The position numbers and the translations under genes are program-made. The notes under the pieces are model-generated. The model made no database searches and was not told the DNA's origin. It worked only from the letters and a program-made list of their open reading frames with translations. Positions 40,315 through 51,224 of a stretch of DNA of 64,000 nt are shown piece by piece. Position 1 is the stretch's first letter. Each line of letters starts with the position of its first letter. Origin of the DNA: an uncultured Armatimonadetes bacterium. GTDB lineage: Bacteria > Armatimonadota > UBA5829 > DTJY01. The stretch spans positions 2,816,001 through 2,880,000 of the forward strand of contig OY970325.1 of the NCBI GenBank assembly GCA_963717145.1, written 5' to 3'.

Positions 40315-43300
40315 ATGCGTACTGTCACCTCACGATATCTGGCCGTGGCGATCCTTATAGCACTTCTGTCTTCGTCCGCATTGGCCGCGAGTTTCAGGGT
40401 AGTTGCCCTGCCGGACACACAGAACTACAGCGAGTTCCACCCCGGCATATTCACCGAACAGACGAACTGGGTGAAGGCGAACGTATCCGGCCTGGACATA
40501 GTGTTCGTCACCCACCTCGGCGACATCGTCAATGAAGGCTGGAAAGACGCACAGTGGGACAGCGCCCTCACCGCGATGAATGTGCTGAGGGGATATATGC
40601 CGTTCGGCCTCTGTCCCGGCAATCATGACCTGAGATCGTCGGACCCCGATACGTATGACTCCACCAAGTTCGTCACGAACTTCGGATCGAGCTACTTCAG
40701 CGGTTACAGCTGGTACGGCGGCGACTCGCCGAGCGGCTTCAGCTCGTACCAGATGGTCACGGCCGGCGGATACGACCTTCTGTTCCTGCATATGACTTGT
40801 GACTCCCCGGACAGCGAGATCACGTGGGCCAAGTCGGTCCTCTCCGCCCACAGCGGCATCCCGACCATCGTGACGACGCACGAGTACTTGACCAGCTCAC
40901 AACGCGACCGGTTCAACACGATCCCGGGCGGCAACTCCGGCGAGGCAGTGTGGAACAAGCTGATTCGTCAGTACGATCAGATCTTCGCCGTTCTCTGCGG
41001 ACACGTGTTCAACCCGGACGGCTGGCACAGACAGATCTCGATCAACAACGCCGGCCGCAAGGTCTACGAGATGATGTCGGACTACCAGGACATCGGGAAC
41101 GGGTGGCTGCGGATCCTGCTCTTCGACACCGTGACTGGGAAGCTCAGCGTTACCACGTATTCCACACATCTCGACAGCTACATGAACGACTCCGGGAACA
41201 AGTTTACTTACGATGTCGGTATCGGCGAGCGCTTTGCCACCGACGTCGACACGAAGATCCTGAAGCCTGGGGTGACTTCGGCATTCGCATCCGGCATGGA
41301 TAGCTGGACGAAGATCGGCGATGCGGACTCCACCATGGTTCGCAAGTCCGACGCTGACGGGAACGGCTATCTGCTCCTCACCGACGGAGCAAGTGGGGCC
41401 GCCGACTACTTCGTCGCCCCATCCAAGTTCCGCGGGAACCTGAGCGCCTACGACGCGATAACCTTCGATTGTCGGTCGTTCTCGGGCGACGACCCTGATC
41501 CCACCCACATCCGGCTCTACAGCGGCTCGGAGTACTATCAGTGGACCAACACCGAGATAGTCACCGACAGCGGCCAGTGGGAGCGCCTGACGGCATCGCT
41601 GAAAGACGCTGACCTCTGGACTCCCGGAGGCGGCGCGACGGAAGCCTTCGCCGGCTTCATCACCCACATAACCGCCGTGCAGCTCTGCGCGGATGTCTGC
41701 GGCGGGACCGAGCAGATGGGCTTGGATAGCTTCTCGCTGGCCTCCCACGAGGTGATGACCGGTGCCCTCGCGACCAGCACCTTCGATTCGGGCAGAGACG
41801 GCTGGACGGTCGACGCCGACGGAGACCAGGGGTGGGACAACCACGGCTCGCTCAATGGCACTGACCTAAGCACCGGCGGGACATGGTACTTCTGCGCCCC
41901 GTCCAAGTTCCTCGGAGACAAGTCGCTCTCCTACCGGGGTACGCTCCAGTTCGATCTGAAGCAGGCGGAGGTGGACAGCCCATTCGACCGGGACGAGATC
42001 GACCTCTCGGTCGCCGGACTTACGCTGGCGATGAACTACCCGTCGGCATCACACCCGAACGCAGCATGGACCCACTACACTGTCCCGCTGAACGAGTACG
42101 CCGGCTCGGATCAACCAGTCCACCGGACTCGCACCGACGGCAGGTCAGTTCATGGCAGTGCTCTCCTCGCTGACCAGCCTGCGGATCAGGGGCGAGTACC
42201 GATCAGGGGCGGACAAAGCGTGGCTCGACAACGTGGCCATGACCCTGGCAGAGGCCGTCCCCATAGGAAGCATCGCGGACACCAGGGACCTCGTGGACGG
42301 AATCACCGTCAGCATAAGCAACCCAGCCGTGGCCACGGCCTCATCGAGTACGTTTACGGATGGGAGCTACTACCTCGAGGCGGAGGGCCGAAGCTTCGGG
42401 ATCAAGATAGCGCCCGAGCCCGGTCTTGAGACGGTGGCCGTAGGAGACCTGGTCACGGGAACAGGGATGGTCAGAACCGACTCCAATGGCGAGCGCTACC
42501 TGTCCCTCACATCGGTCAGCCCGACCCCCGGCACGCCCGTGCGCCCACTGCTGCTGACGAACAGGTCGCTGATTGATGGGATCGATCCCACGGGTCTGCT
42601 CGTTACCATCTATGGCTGGATTCTCTACGCAGACCCTGAGCCGTCCGGCCCGCGTTACGTCTATATCGACGACGGGAGCAACGTCGCCCTCGAATCACAG
42701 CCCGGAGTGAAAGTGATCCTCGACGGCCTCGCCTCGCCGATAACCAAGGGGCTTGGATGCGATGCGCTCCTGGTGACCGGCATCATGTCGCTGGCGGAAG
42801 GCGAGAATGGCGTCATCCGAGTGATCCGGCCCAGAGGAAACGCCGACATCATCACGATCGGCGACAGCACCGCCCCATCCGTGCCGACGAACCTCGCAGG
42901 TGTCGCGATCTCGGCGACTCAGGTGAACCTGACTTGGACGGCCTCAACCGACAACGTGGAGGTAACAGGATACCGCATATATCGAGACAGCCTGCCGATC
43001 GGAACGAGTGCCACGACGGCTTACGCCGACGTGACGTGCCAACCGAACACGTCATATCTCTACAAGGTGTCGGCATACGATCTGGAGGGGAGCGAATCCG
43101 CTTTGAGCACGGGGACGACGGTCGCGACCCCGCCCTACGTGGACGTGATCCTCGACAACCCGAGCGCTTCCTTCACCGGCGTGTGGCAACTCGGCACGAC
43201 CGCGACGGGGAAGTACGGGGCCGACTACAACTGGAGTTACTCAGCGGCAACTGAGACCGCCACCGCGACATGGCGGCCCACCATCGGCATTCGTGGGCAC

Positions 43301-43828
43301 TACGCTGTCTACTGCTGGTATCCGCAGGGCACGAACAGGTCCATCAAAGCCCCCTACACCCTTACGTACGAGGGCGCGCAGCAGACCGTGCTCATCAACC
43401 AGCAAGCCGGAGGAGGTCAGTGGATCGAACTGGGCACGAAGAAGTTCTCGATCGGGACCACCGGCAATGTGAAGTTGGGCAACGGAACGGCGGAGGCATC
43501 GAACGTCGTCGTGATCGCCGACGCCGTCAGGTTGCTGCTCGTCTCGACCGACGTGAACTCACCGAGCATCCCAACCGGTTTCACAGCAACGGCAACCGGG
43601 CCCGCGGCGGTCTACCTCAGTTGGACCGCCTCCACGGACAACGTGGGTGTAGCCGGCTACAATGTCTACCGCGCCGGGGCCTACCTGGGCAACTGCACGA
43701 CGACCAACTACACCGACACCGGGTTGTCGCCGAGCACCACTTACTCCTACCAAGTGTCGGCATACGATGCTATCGGCAACGAGTCGTACAAGAGCGCGAC
43801 GCGCACCGCTACGACCCCGGCGAACTGA
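40315..43828 (+). CDS. Large secreted metallophosphoesterase with two laminin-IV-like domains, recurring module, FN3 x2 and golvesin-like domain; frameshift near 42107
   Basis: LPDTQNY, HLGDIV, GNHD, TTHEY, CGHV; APSKFLGDKSLSYRG; DSTAPSVPTNL...WTASTDNV FN3; removing one C (ggctcggatc) joins the two ORFs. Confidence 0.82.
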
Positions 43829-43975
43829 GCGGCGGAGGGCACGGCCTGCATGTGTCGAGATCAGCGGTCCCATCGGGTTCCTCTCTCCCCGGAACAGGAT
43901 TATGTCTGCGGGTGTCTAATACATGACACGTAGCTACTGCTTGGCTAGTCTCAGCAAGCACCTGGGAGGGCCATC

Positions 43976-45844
43976 ATGAAGCATGTCGGGTTAGTCATCC
44001 TCGCGGTACTTCTCCTATTCGCCCCCTCCACGTGCGGCGCAGCTCGCATAGCTGAGGAGCAGGCCGCTGAAGCCGTGCGCGCGTTCGAAGGTGATCCGAA
44101 CCTGCAGTTCTGGCGGATCGAGGTCTACGAACAGAACGAAGGGCCGTCGTGGTCACACTTCGCCAACTACACTCTGGAGGCCGGCACGCACGATAACCCA
44201 ATCGCGGACTATTCCGTCGATACTACCACAGGTGAGGTCAATGTCACATATCGCCTGCGGGGGCAGCACCCGATCAAGGAGGCCGCGGAGACTCTTACCA
44301 AAGAACAATGCAAACAGACTGCTGAGGCATTTGCCAGGGCCAAGTACCAGGGCTTCGAGAGCATGGGTTTCTCGCTGAAGACTGAGCTGCTGGATGAAGG
44401 CACTTGGCGTTTCCGCTGGCAGCAGGTTCTGGACTACGGCGCCATGTCGATGAACTATGTGGAGGTCGAGATACGGGCTGCAGACGGCCGTGTCAGCAGC
44501 TATGATACTGCCCGTTATCCGGTAGTACGGCCGCAAGAACCTCTGATATCCTCTGAGCAGGCTGTCCGGACAGCCATGCATAGCGCTGGGATAACGGATA
44601 TGACGGAGGTGCCGGAGACGGCCCTGAGAGTCGACCCTATCGGAACGACATTCTGGACCATTTACATCCAGGGCCTCAATGCGGAGGGATTCGATGTCTG
44701 CTATTATGCAGACGTCGACGCAGGGACTGGCGAGGTACTCAGAAGCGAACGCACGGACTACGGTGCCGACCCTGAGCTTGACACTCCCAGAGACCCGCCG
44801 GAGGTCATACCGCCTGGAGAGGCAAGGGAAGCCGTCAAGGCATGGGAGAGCAATCAGGATCTGGTGCTCATCTGTCGTAAGCTGGACGCGACCGGAGGCA
44901 GCGGTCACTGGGATGATGAGTGGTTCTATGACGTCGATGACCGGGACAACGACGATCGAAGCTGGCAAGTCAGTGCTGTAACAGGCGAGGTCACCCACTT
45001 CATCGATCTGGCCGCATTTCCTGATGAGGAGTGGGAGGAACCAGCGGGCAGATTGACCTCAGGGGAGTGTCAGGAGATAGCCGAGCGTTTTGCCCGGGCC
45101 AAGTACGGCGGATTTGCCGATGTGAGCTTCATTGCTGACGATCCGGAGTGGGAACGGGACGGTTGGCGGTTCAGCTGGAACGAGAAGGTCGAGTGCGAGC
45201 CGTGTGTCTCGAGTTACGTCAGCGTTACGGTGAACGCAGAGGACGGCCGCATTGAGAGCTACGGGGCAAGCCGTGTCGCTCCGTTCACTCCCCTCGAGGC
45301 ACGGGTCACCGCTGAGCAGGCGGTGGAACTGGCAATGACCGCCACAGGGATCGTGAGGTTGGGTAACGATCCTGAACCGGAACTCTCGGCGTACCCGGGG
45401 GCTACGATCTGGTACTTCGACGTCCAGGGACCGGATGCCAAAGGCAGAACTCAGGACTATGCGGCCAAGGTGAATGCCGTGACCGGCGAGATAATCGGCC
45501 TCTATGAGGCTTACGGCGCCAGTGCAGGCGCTCTTGCCGAGGCATCGTCCCATCGAGCCGACACTGAAAGCGAAGAGCTGATGCCGATACGCGAGCTGGT
45601 GGCGCAGATCCCTGGTGCCAGCGTGCACTGGCTCGGGAAACAAGGGGCAAAGATCTTCAGCGGCAGGAACAGATATCACCTCCTGCCTGGCAGCGATACC
45701 ATCGAATGGACCGGCGGGCAGATCAAGCTCTCCCGGAAGATGATACTGGAGGATGGCCGCCTGATGGTCTCTACGGAGCTGGTCCAGGCTGTGGTGAAGA
45801 CTTTGCTACCCCCCACTCCTCCTGAAGCGCCTTCAGACGAATGA
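43976..45844 (+). CDS. Secreted protein with duplicated PepSY-like region and C-terminal copper-amine-oxidase N-terminal-like domain
   Basis: Two ~240 aa internal repeats (AExFARAKYxGF, VxAxTGE), C-terminal LMPIRELV...GASVHW...EDGRLMV. Confidence 0.7.
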   Translation: MKHVGLVILAVLLLFAPSTCGAARIAEEQAAEAVRAFEGDPNLQFWRIEVYEQNEGPSWSHFANYTLEAGTHDNPIADYSVDTTTGEVNVTYRLRGQHPIKEAAETLTKEQCKQTAEAFARAKYQGFESMGFSLKTELLDEGTWRFRWQQVLDYGAMSMNYVEVEIRAADGRVSSYDTARYPVVRPQEPLISSEQAVRTAMHSAGITDMTEVPETALRVDPIGTTFWTIYIQGLNAEGFDVCYYADVDAGTGEVLRSERTDYGADPELDTPRDPPEVIPPGEAREAVKAWESNQDLVLICRKLDATGGSGHWDDEWFYDVDDRDNDDRSWQVSAVTGEVTHFIDLAAFPDEEWEEPAGRLTSGECQEIAERFARAKYGGFADVSFIADDPEWERDGWRFSWNEKVECEPCVSSYVSVTVNAEDGRIESYGASRVAPFTPLEARVTAEQAVELAMTATGIVRLGNDPEPELSAYPGATIWYFDVQGPDAKGRTQDYAAKVNAVTGEIIGLYEAYGASAGALAEASSHRADTESEELMPIRELVAQIPGASVHWLGKQGAKIFSGRNRYHLLPGSDTIEWTGGQIKLSRKMILEDGRLMVSTELVQAVVKTLLPPTPPEAPSDE

Positions 45845-47424
45845 ACGCGGGCTTCGGGGAGCAGTCGCCTCGGAGGAGGCCTCCGTAGGGCCAGAAGGAG
45901 ACCGCATCGGCGAGATCCCACCATGTAACGCCCTCGATGTACGGCTTGCTGTATGCGATCGTGTAGACCGCCTCGACCCAGTCCGCCTGCATCTCCTCCG
46001 TCCATGGGCCGTGCCAGCCCTTCGATGCCCGCTGCCTCATCCCACTCGGATCGATTCCCGGCGCGGACGAGCAGCCCATCTCGGTAATCTGGATCGGCTT
46101 CCCGAGGGTCGAGAAACGATCGAAGAGCCGGTCGATCTCGAAGAGGTCGTATTCCGGATAGTATAACTGCAGGCCGACGATCTCGAACTCCGCCCCCGCC
46201 TTCAGGCAGTCCTTCATGTATGCCATCGGTGAGCGCTTCACCCCTCTCAGGACGCCAAGGCTCGCCACATACTCGCCCCAGAGGTGGCAGGAGTTGATGA
46301 TCCGCTTCACCTTCGGATCGGCCTCCCGCGCGGCGTCGGACGTGACCTTCGCGAGAACGGTCAGTTCCTCAGGCGACAGACGCAGCGAATTCGTGTGGTC
46401 GTGCGCCTCGTTCATGATCTCGCAGTACTCAGTCTTGCCCTTATACCTCAGGACGGTCTCATAGGTGAGGTCGTGAGCGATCTTCGCGATCTGGGGGAAA
46501 GACTTGGTCTTCAGCCACTCGGGCGTGACTCCGCTCGCCATGTAGAACGGCGGGCACGGCTTGACCGCCATGCCGTTCGAGAGCAGCCATTCCGTCTCGG
46601 CGTCGGTGCGCTCGTAATCCCGCGATGTCTCGGTCGGGGCGAAGTGGCTGAGGTAGACATTCGTGACGCCAACGTTGAAGACTTCCTTGAACCGCTCCTG
46701 ATAGACCGGGCCGCGCCCCGGGTATCCGAACGCGTTGCACCCAAAGATGAAGTCCTTGCGCGGGGCAGCCAGCTTCTCGATACGATGCTTCGCCCGCTCG
46801 ACGGTCAACTCCTCACCGGCGGCGAGTGTGATCGCCAGGGACTCGTAGGGCGGGAGCTTCTCCGCCCGATCGAGCTTCTGCCCGAACTCCACCGGCATCC
46901 GGACTCCCTCACCCTCCGAGGCCTTGAGAGCCGCTCGAACGCGCATCAGCCTGGTCGCGGCGGCGTCCGCAGCGAAGTCGATCGTCCCGGCCTTCGAATA
47001 GCCCTTGCCCTTGCCATCCGCGAAGACCGCGACCTCACCGAACTTCGGGACGTTCAACATCATGCAGACCTGGAAGGGGATGGCGTCCTCCGGCTTCGCC
47101 GCCGGCTTGGCGACCTTGTCCGGCTCGGTGCGCCCCGCGTACCCCTTCTGAGGAGCCCGCGCCTCCACCTTCAGTCCCGGCGCCTGGTCGAGACTTGTCG
47201 GGTGTCGGCAGCACGACCGTCACCGAACCGTCGTGCGGAACGATCAGCGTATACATCGGCTCGTCGGAGAGGTCGAGGATATGGCACCGGTCGACCGCCT
47301 CACTGGGGATCGGCTTCCCCGCCGCATCGACGATCGTGACGCGGAGCTTCATGTTCTCCGGCGTCTGGGCGTACCCCGCGGATACCGCGAGGATGAGTAT
47401 GATAATAGGGAGAAGTTTGCGCAT
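45771..47424 (-). CDS. GH10 endo-xylanase-like glycosidase, frameshifted near 47190
   Basis: FIFGCN, EIMNEAH, VGLQLY, GKPIQITEMG, ITWWD-like VTWWD, KPAF; signal peptide in ORF 47035-47529. Confidence 0.8.
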
Positions 47425-47546
47425 GTTGTTGCCTCCGACTACACTGTACCGCCTGGTCCCGAAACTGTCAACAGCCCACGGAGGATTGCCGTCCTTGGCG
47501 AACGAACAGACCGGTAAGCAATCATACACTCATGGGGGATGGATTC

Positions 47547-48695
47547 ATGGACAAGGTACGGATCGGTGTCGTCGGCGTCGGCGGGATGGGAAGCCATCAT
47601 GCCAACTACCTCTCGAAGGGCGAGATCGCGCGCGCGGAGTTGACCGCCGTCTGCGATGTCGAGAAGGAGAAGCTCGGTCGGTGGGAGGGAGTCCGCGAGT
47701 TCACCGACAGCCGTGAGCTGATCCGCTCGGGCCTGGTCGATGCAGTGGTGATCGCCACTCCGCACTACGACCACACGACGATCGGCATCGACGCCATGAA
47801 GCAGGGCATCCACGTCCTAACCGAGAAGCCGATATCGGTCCACAAGGCCGACTGTCAGCGGATGATCGACGCGCACAAGGGCACCGGCCTCGTCTTCGGC
47901 GCGATGTTCCAGCTCCGTACCGATCCGATCTACAAGAAGTTGAAGGCGCTCCTCGATTCAGGCGAGGTCGGCGAGATCTTCCGCGTGACATGGACCGCCA
48001 CAGACTGGTTCCGCTCCGAGGCGTACTACGCGAGCGGCGGTTGGCGCGCGACGTGGAGCGGCGAGGGCGGCGGCGTCCTGCTCAATCAGTGCCCGCACAA
48101 CCTCGACCTGATGCAGTGGTTCTTCGGGATGCCGTCGAAGGTCCGCGCGTTCTGCGGGTTCGGCGTGAAGCATGACATCGAGGTGGAGGATCAGGTCACG
48201 GCTTACCTCGAATACCCCAACGGCGCGACCGGCCACTTCATCACCACGACCTGCGAGTCGCCGGGGACGAACCGCCTGGAGGTCGCCGGCGAGCGAGGGA
48301 GAGTCGTGATGGAAGGCGGGAAGATCAGCTTCATCCGCAATGAGACCCCCATGACCGAGTTCTCCCGCACGACCGACAAGGGGTTCGCGGTTCCCGACAA
48401 GTGGATCATCGACGTCCCCTTCCACGGGCCGCCTCCCCATCACCAGAACGTTACCCGCGCCTTCGTGAATGCGATCCTCGACGGCACGCCTCTGGTCGCT
48501 CCTGCCGAGGAAGGGATCAACTCGGTCGAGCTGGCGAACTGCATGCTGTACTCTGCCTGGACCGACACGACAGTGAACCTACCGCTCGATGGGGCTGCCT
48601 ACGAAGCGGCGCTCAAGGAGCGGATCGCGACCTCGCGCTACGTCAAGAAGACAGTCTCCGAGCGGGACGAGGACATCTCAACGTCATTCAAGTAG
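47547..48695 (+). CDS. Gfo/Idh/MocA oxidoreductase
   Basis: RIGVVGVGGMG, IATPHYDH, HVLTEKP, GGGVLLNQCPHNLD. Confidence 0.95.
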   Translation: MDKVRIGVVGVGGMGSHHANYLSKGEIARAELTAVCDVEKEKLGRWEGVREFTDSRELIRSGLVDAVVIATPHYDHTTIGIDAMKQGIHVLTEKPISVHKADCQRMIDAHKGTGLVFGAMFQLRTDPIYKKLKALLDSGEVGEIFRVTWTATDWFRSEAYYASGGWRATWSGEGGGVLLNQCPHNLDLMQWFFGMPSKVRAFCGFGVKHDIEVEDQVTAYLEYPNGATGHFITTTCESPGTNRLEVAGERGRVVMEGGKISFIRNETPMTEFSRTTDKGFAVPDKWIIDVPFHGPPPHHQNVTRAFVNAILDGTPLVAPAEEGINSVELANCMLYSAWTDTTVNLPLDGAAYEAALKERIATSRYVKKTVSERDEDISTSFK

Positions 48696-48720
48696 GAGTC
48701 CTGAGTACGCCAACTCCAGG

Positions 48721-48841
48721 AACCGTAGTCCTGAGTACGCCTCTGGGCGTGTAACGAAGGACGGCCTGCGGAGCATCGAGGTTGGGTGGAGATGCGACCG
48801 TCCTTCGTTACACGCCCAGAGGCGTACTCAGGACTACGGTT
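48721..48841. repeat. Long palindrome, family D
   Basis: ACCGTAGTCCTGAGTACGCCTCTGGGCGTGTAACGAAGGACGG...CCGTCCTTCGTTACACGCCCAGAGGCGTACTCAGGACTACGGT. Confidence 0.92.
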
Positions 48842-48854
48842 ATTCCTCTTTCAC

Positions 48855-48935
48855 TCCCGTACTCCCACACTCCCACACTCCCACTCTCCCACACTCCCAC
48901 ACTCCCATTACTCCCATACTCCCCCACTCCCACCC
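48855..48935. repeat. Octamer tandem repeat (CTCCCAYA)n
   Basis: ctcccacactcccacactcccactctcccacactcccacactccc...; same unit at 8290, 10578, 51128, 62699. Confidence 0.85.
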
Positions 48936-49046
48936 CAACATTTTCCCGCCTGCCAGGCTTGACAGCCTGCAAGTAAGGGTAGAAACGTATCAGTGCTTGC
49001 ATTCCAGGGATGGCGCAGGCTCAATCTCGAAGGGAGTGCAATACTG

Positions 49047-49955
49047 ATGAAGAAGTTGCTTTTGCTGGCCGTGGCAGTCATGCTGCTGTCAGCCGTACTC
49101 GGCATGCCCGCCACCGCCCAGATCGGCGTCGGCGGTCTGGAGGGGATCACGACCTGGGGCTGGCTGTGGCAGTTCCAGGCATTCGGGACCGTCGGCTTCG
49201 GGACTGACCTCTCATATCTCGGAACGTTCTACGGCAGGTACGGCAGCACACCGCTCTCGTGCAGGGCCACCGTCAACGGCATCAGCAAATCCGGCGTCCC
49301 GGTCAGCTTCACCGCCAAGACTCTCTGGGGCGTAAGGAGATCGACTTCATTCACCATGACCAGTGGTCAGGGGACCGTCGCCGCCAGGGTCAACTGGGGC
49401 CCCGACGTGTATGAGATCGTGGTGAAGAGCAGCGACGGCGCCGTCTCATCGCCCGCCGCATTGACGATCTACAGCACTACTGGGAGCACCACATACGCAG
49501 GCGGCACGCTCCTCTTGGGCACGGAGCGCAGGAGGGCCACGTTCGGCCTCCGGTACGGCACCTCGCCGTCCGTTCTGAGCGGACTCTTGTTCCTCGATCC
49601 GGACGAACCCGCCGGCTTCACCAGGATCACTTCAACCAGTTTCCGGCGGATCGCATCACCGGCCGGCACGAGGAAGTACGCAGGCGTCTGCACGTTCCAG
49701 GGTCCCGGGCAGCCCCCCGTCGGCGCGAACCTCTTCCTCACCACGAGCACTCAGACGACAGGCTTCACGTTCTCGATCAAAGTCGTCGCCGTGTGGATGG
49801 AAGTGCTCTACGATGTCACCGGCAAGACCGTGAACAGCGGAGCGAAGTGGGGCCGTAGGGCCGGAATCCTACTCGTACTCCTAATCGTAATCGTGCTCGC
49901 CTGTCGACCGACGACATATCGTCACGCCCAGCCGTCTGGCGACCCCTGCGCCTGA
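49047..49955 (+). CDS. Secreted beta-rich hypothetical protein; true end possibly near 49858
   Basis: Signal peptide MKKLLLLAVAV; the ORF tail runs through hexamer repeats, suggesting a missed stop. Confidence 0.65.
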   Translation: MKKLLLLAVAVMLLSAVLGMPATAQIGVGGLEGITTWGWLWQFQAFGTVGFGTDLSYLGTFYGRYGSTPLSCRATVNGISKSGVPVSFTAKTLWGVRRSTSFTMTSGQGTVAARVNWGPDVYEIVVKSSDGAVSSPAALTIYSTTGSTTYAGGTLLLGTERRRATFGLRYGTSPSVLSGLLFLDPDEPAGFTRITSTSFRRIASPAGTRKYAGVCTFQGPGQPPVGANLFLTTSTQTTGFTFSIKVVAVWMEVLYDVTGKTVNSGAKWGRRAGILLVLLIVIVLACRPTTYRHAQPSGDPCA

Positions 49956-50200
49956 GAATCAGCCGCGCGTTCTCGGTATGCTGTCCGTTTCGACGCAGAT
50001 GTATGTGTTCCTTCCCACGAACCCCGAGTACGAGCACGAGTACGAGTACGAGCGGGAATGTTGAATGGGCAGCCGTCTTTCTGCTATGATGGCGGTGGTG
50101 TCCTGAGACGCCGGGCTGTTTTTGGCGAAATCCACCAGTGTGCGTGTTCTGCTGGTTGAAGACCTGTCTGGACTCAGCAGAACACTGATGATCGGCAGGG

Positions 50201-51127
50201 ATGAGCGTGTCACCCGCGCAATTCACGGTCTTCAGCCAGGAACTCTACTACGACGAGAGCATCCGAGCGATCGAGTCGTATGCCGATGCGCCACGCCGAC
50301 GGGAACTCCATGCCCGAATCGCCGAGCAACTCCCCTACCCTTCCGCCACGATGAGGGACCGCGTCGCCAGCAAGATCATCCAGCGCTTCTTCGTGAACCC
50401 GCCCACCGGAACACCCCACCCCAACCCTCCCCGCAACGGAGAGGGGGTAGCTCCCTCTCCGTTGCGGGGAGGGCTGGGGTGGGGTAAACGATCCGGCTCG
50501 TACCCGGCGACCGCGTTCCTCAGGCTGGTGGCGGGCATCAAGCGGGACGACCTCCGGCGCGATCTGCTCTATTGGCGCGCGGCACGGACGGACGCGATCA
50601 TCGAGGCGCTGGCCGGCGAGCTGTTCTACCCGCACTTCGTGCTCGGGCAGATCCCTATGGGCTACTCGGAGGCCGAGTTCCACGCGACGAACACCGCGAC
50701 GCTCTTCTCGATCGACGGAGTGATCACCCGGGACTTCGCGATCGAGTACGCGCGGAAGGTCTGGGAGTTCGACAGCCCGCGGACGATCGCCCTCGCGCTC
50801 CGGATCATGCGGCAGGCGGAGGTCGTGGATGCGACCTCGGTCGTGCTCGGGCGCAGGCGGGTTCATGGGTATTATCCACTGTCGCACACACCGCGGGTCG
50901 AGGCGTTCGCGTATTGCATCTATGAGGAGTTCCTCGCCGAGGGGCCGGTCGTAGCGATCGACCAACTGCGGAACTCGGCATTCGCGAAGGTGTTTCTGCT
51001 CGGCGGGCTGCAGGTGGATTCGCTCGTGAAGTCGGCGGAGCGGCAGAAGCTCCTCACGGCGGACGGGCGGCATATGCGGCTGGCATACGGAAGCCTGGGG
51101 GAGCTGGTGGAGGCGTTGAAGGGATAG
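50201..51127 (+). CDS. BrxA-like (DUF1819-like) protein containing an in-frame palindrome
   Basis: LPYPSATMRDRVASKIIQRFF, LLYWRAARTD, EAFAYCIYEEF, FAKVFLL resemble BrxA family patterns; similarity judged by eye. Confidence 0.6.
   Translation: MSVSPAQFTVFSQELYYDESIRAIESYADAPRRRELHARIAEQLPYPSATMRDRVASKIIQRFFVNPPTGTPHPNPPRNGEGVAPSPLRGGLGWGKRSGSYPATAFLRLVAGIKRDDLRRDLLYWRAARTDAIIEALAGELFYPHFVLGQIPMGYSEAEFHATNTATLFSIDGVITRDFAIEYARKVWEFDSPRTIALALRIMRQAEVVDATSVVLGRRRVHGYYPLSHTPRVEAFAYCIYEEFLAEGPVVAIDQLRNSAFAKVFLLGGLQVDSLVKSAERQKLLTADGRHMRLAYGSLGELVEALKG
50406..50496. repeat. Palindromic element, family C, inside a CDS
   Basis: ACCCCACCCCAACCCTCCCCGCAACGGAGAGGG-ggtagct-CCCTCTCCGTTGCGGGGAGGGCTGGGGTGGGGT. 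Confidence 0.92.
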
Positions 51128-51206
51128 GGAGGGAGTATGGGAGTGTGGGGGTATGGGAGTATGGGAGTCCGGACACCCATACCCCCACACTCCCATACTC
51201 CCACAC
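51128..51206. repeat. Inverted pair of octamer tandem repeats
   Basis: (GGGAGTAT/GGGAGTGT)n...(CCCATACT/CCCACACT)n centred on TCCGGA. Confidence 0.85.
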
Positions 51207-51224
51207 ATTTTCGAGGAGGACAAC

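Noticed and set aside
45771-45844. 74-bp convergent gene overlap as a special feature
   Set aside because: Short 3' overlaps are common, and the assembly has indel noise.
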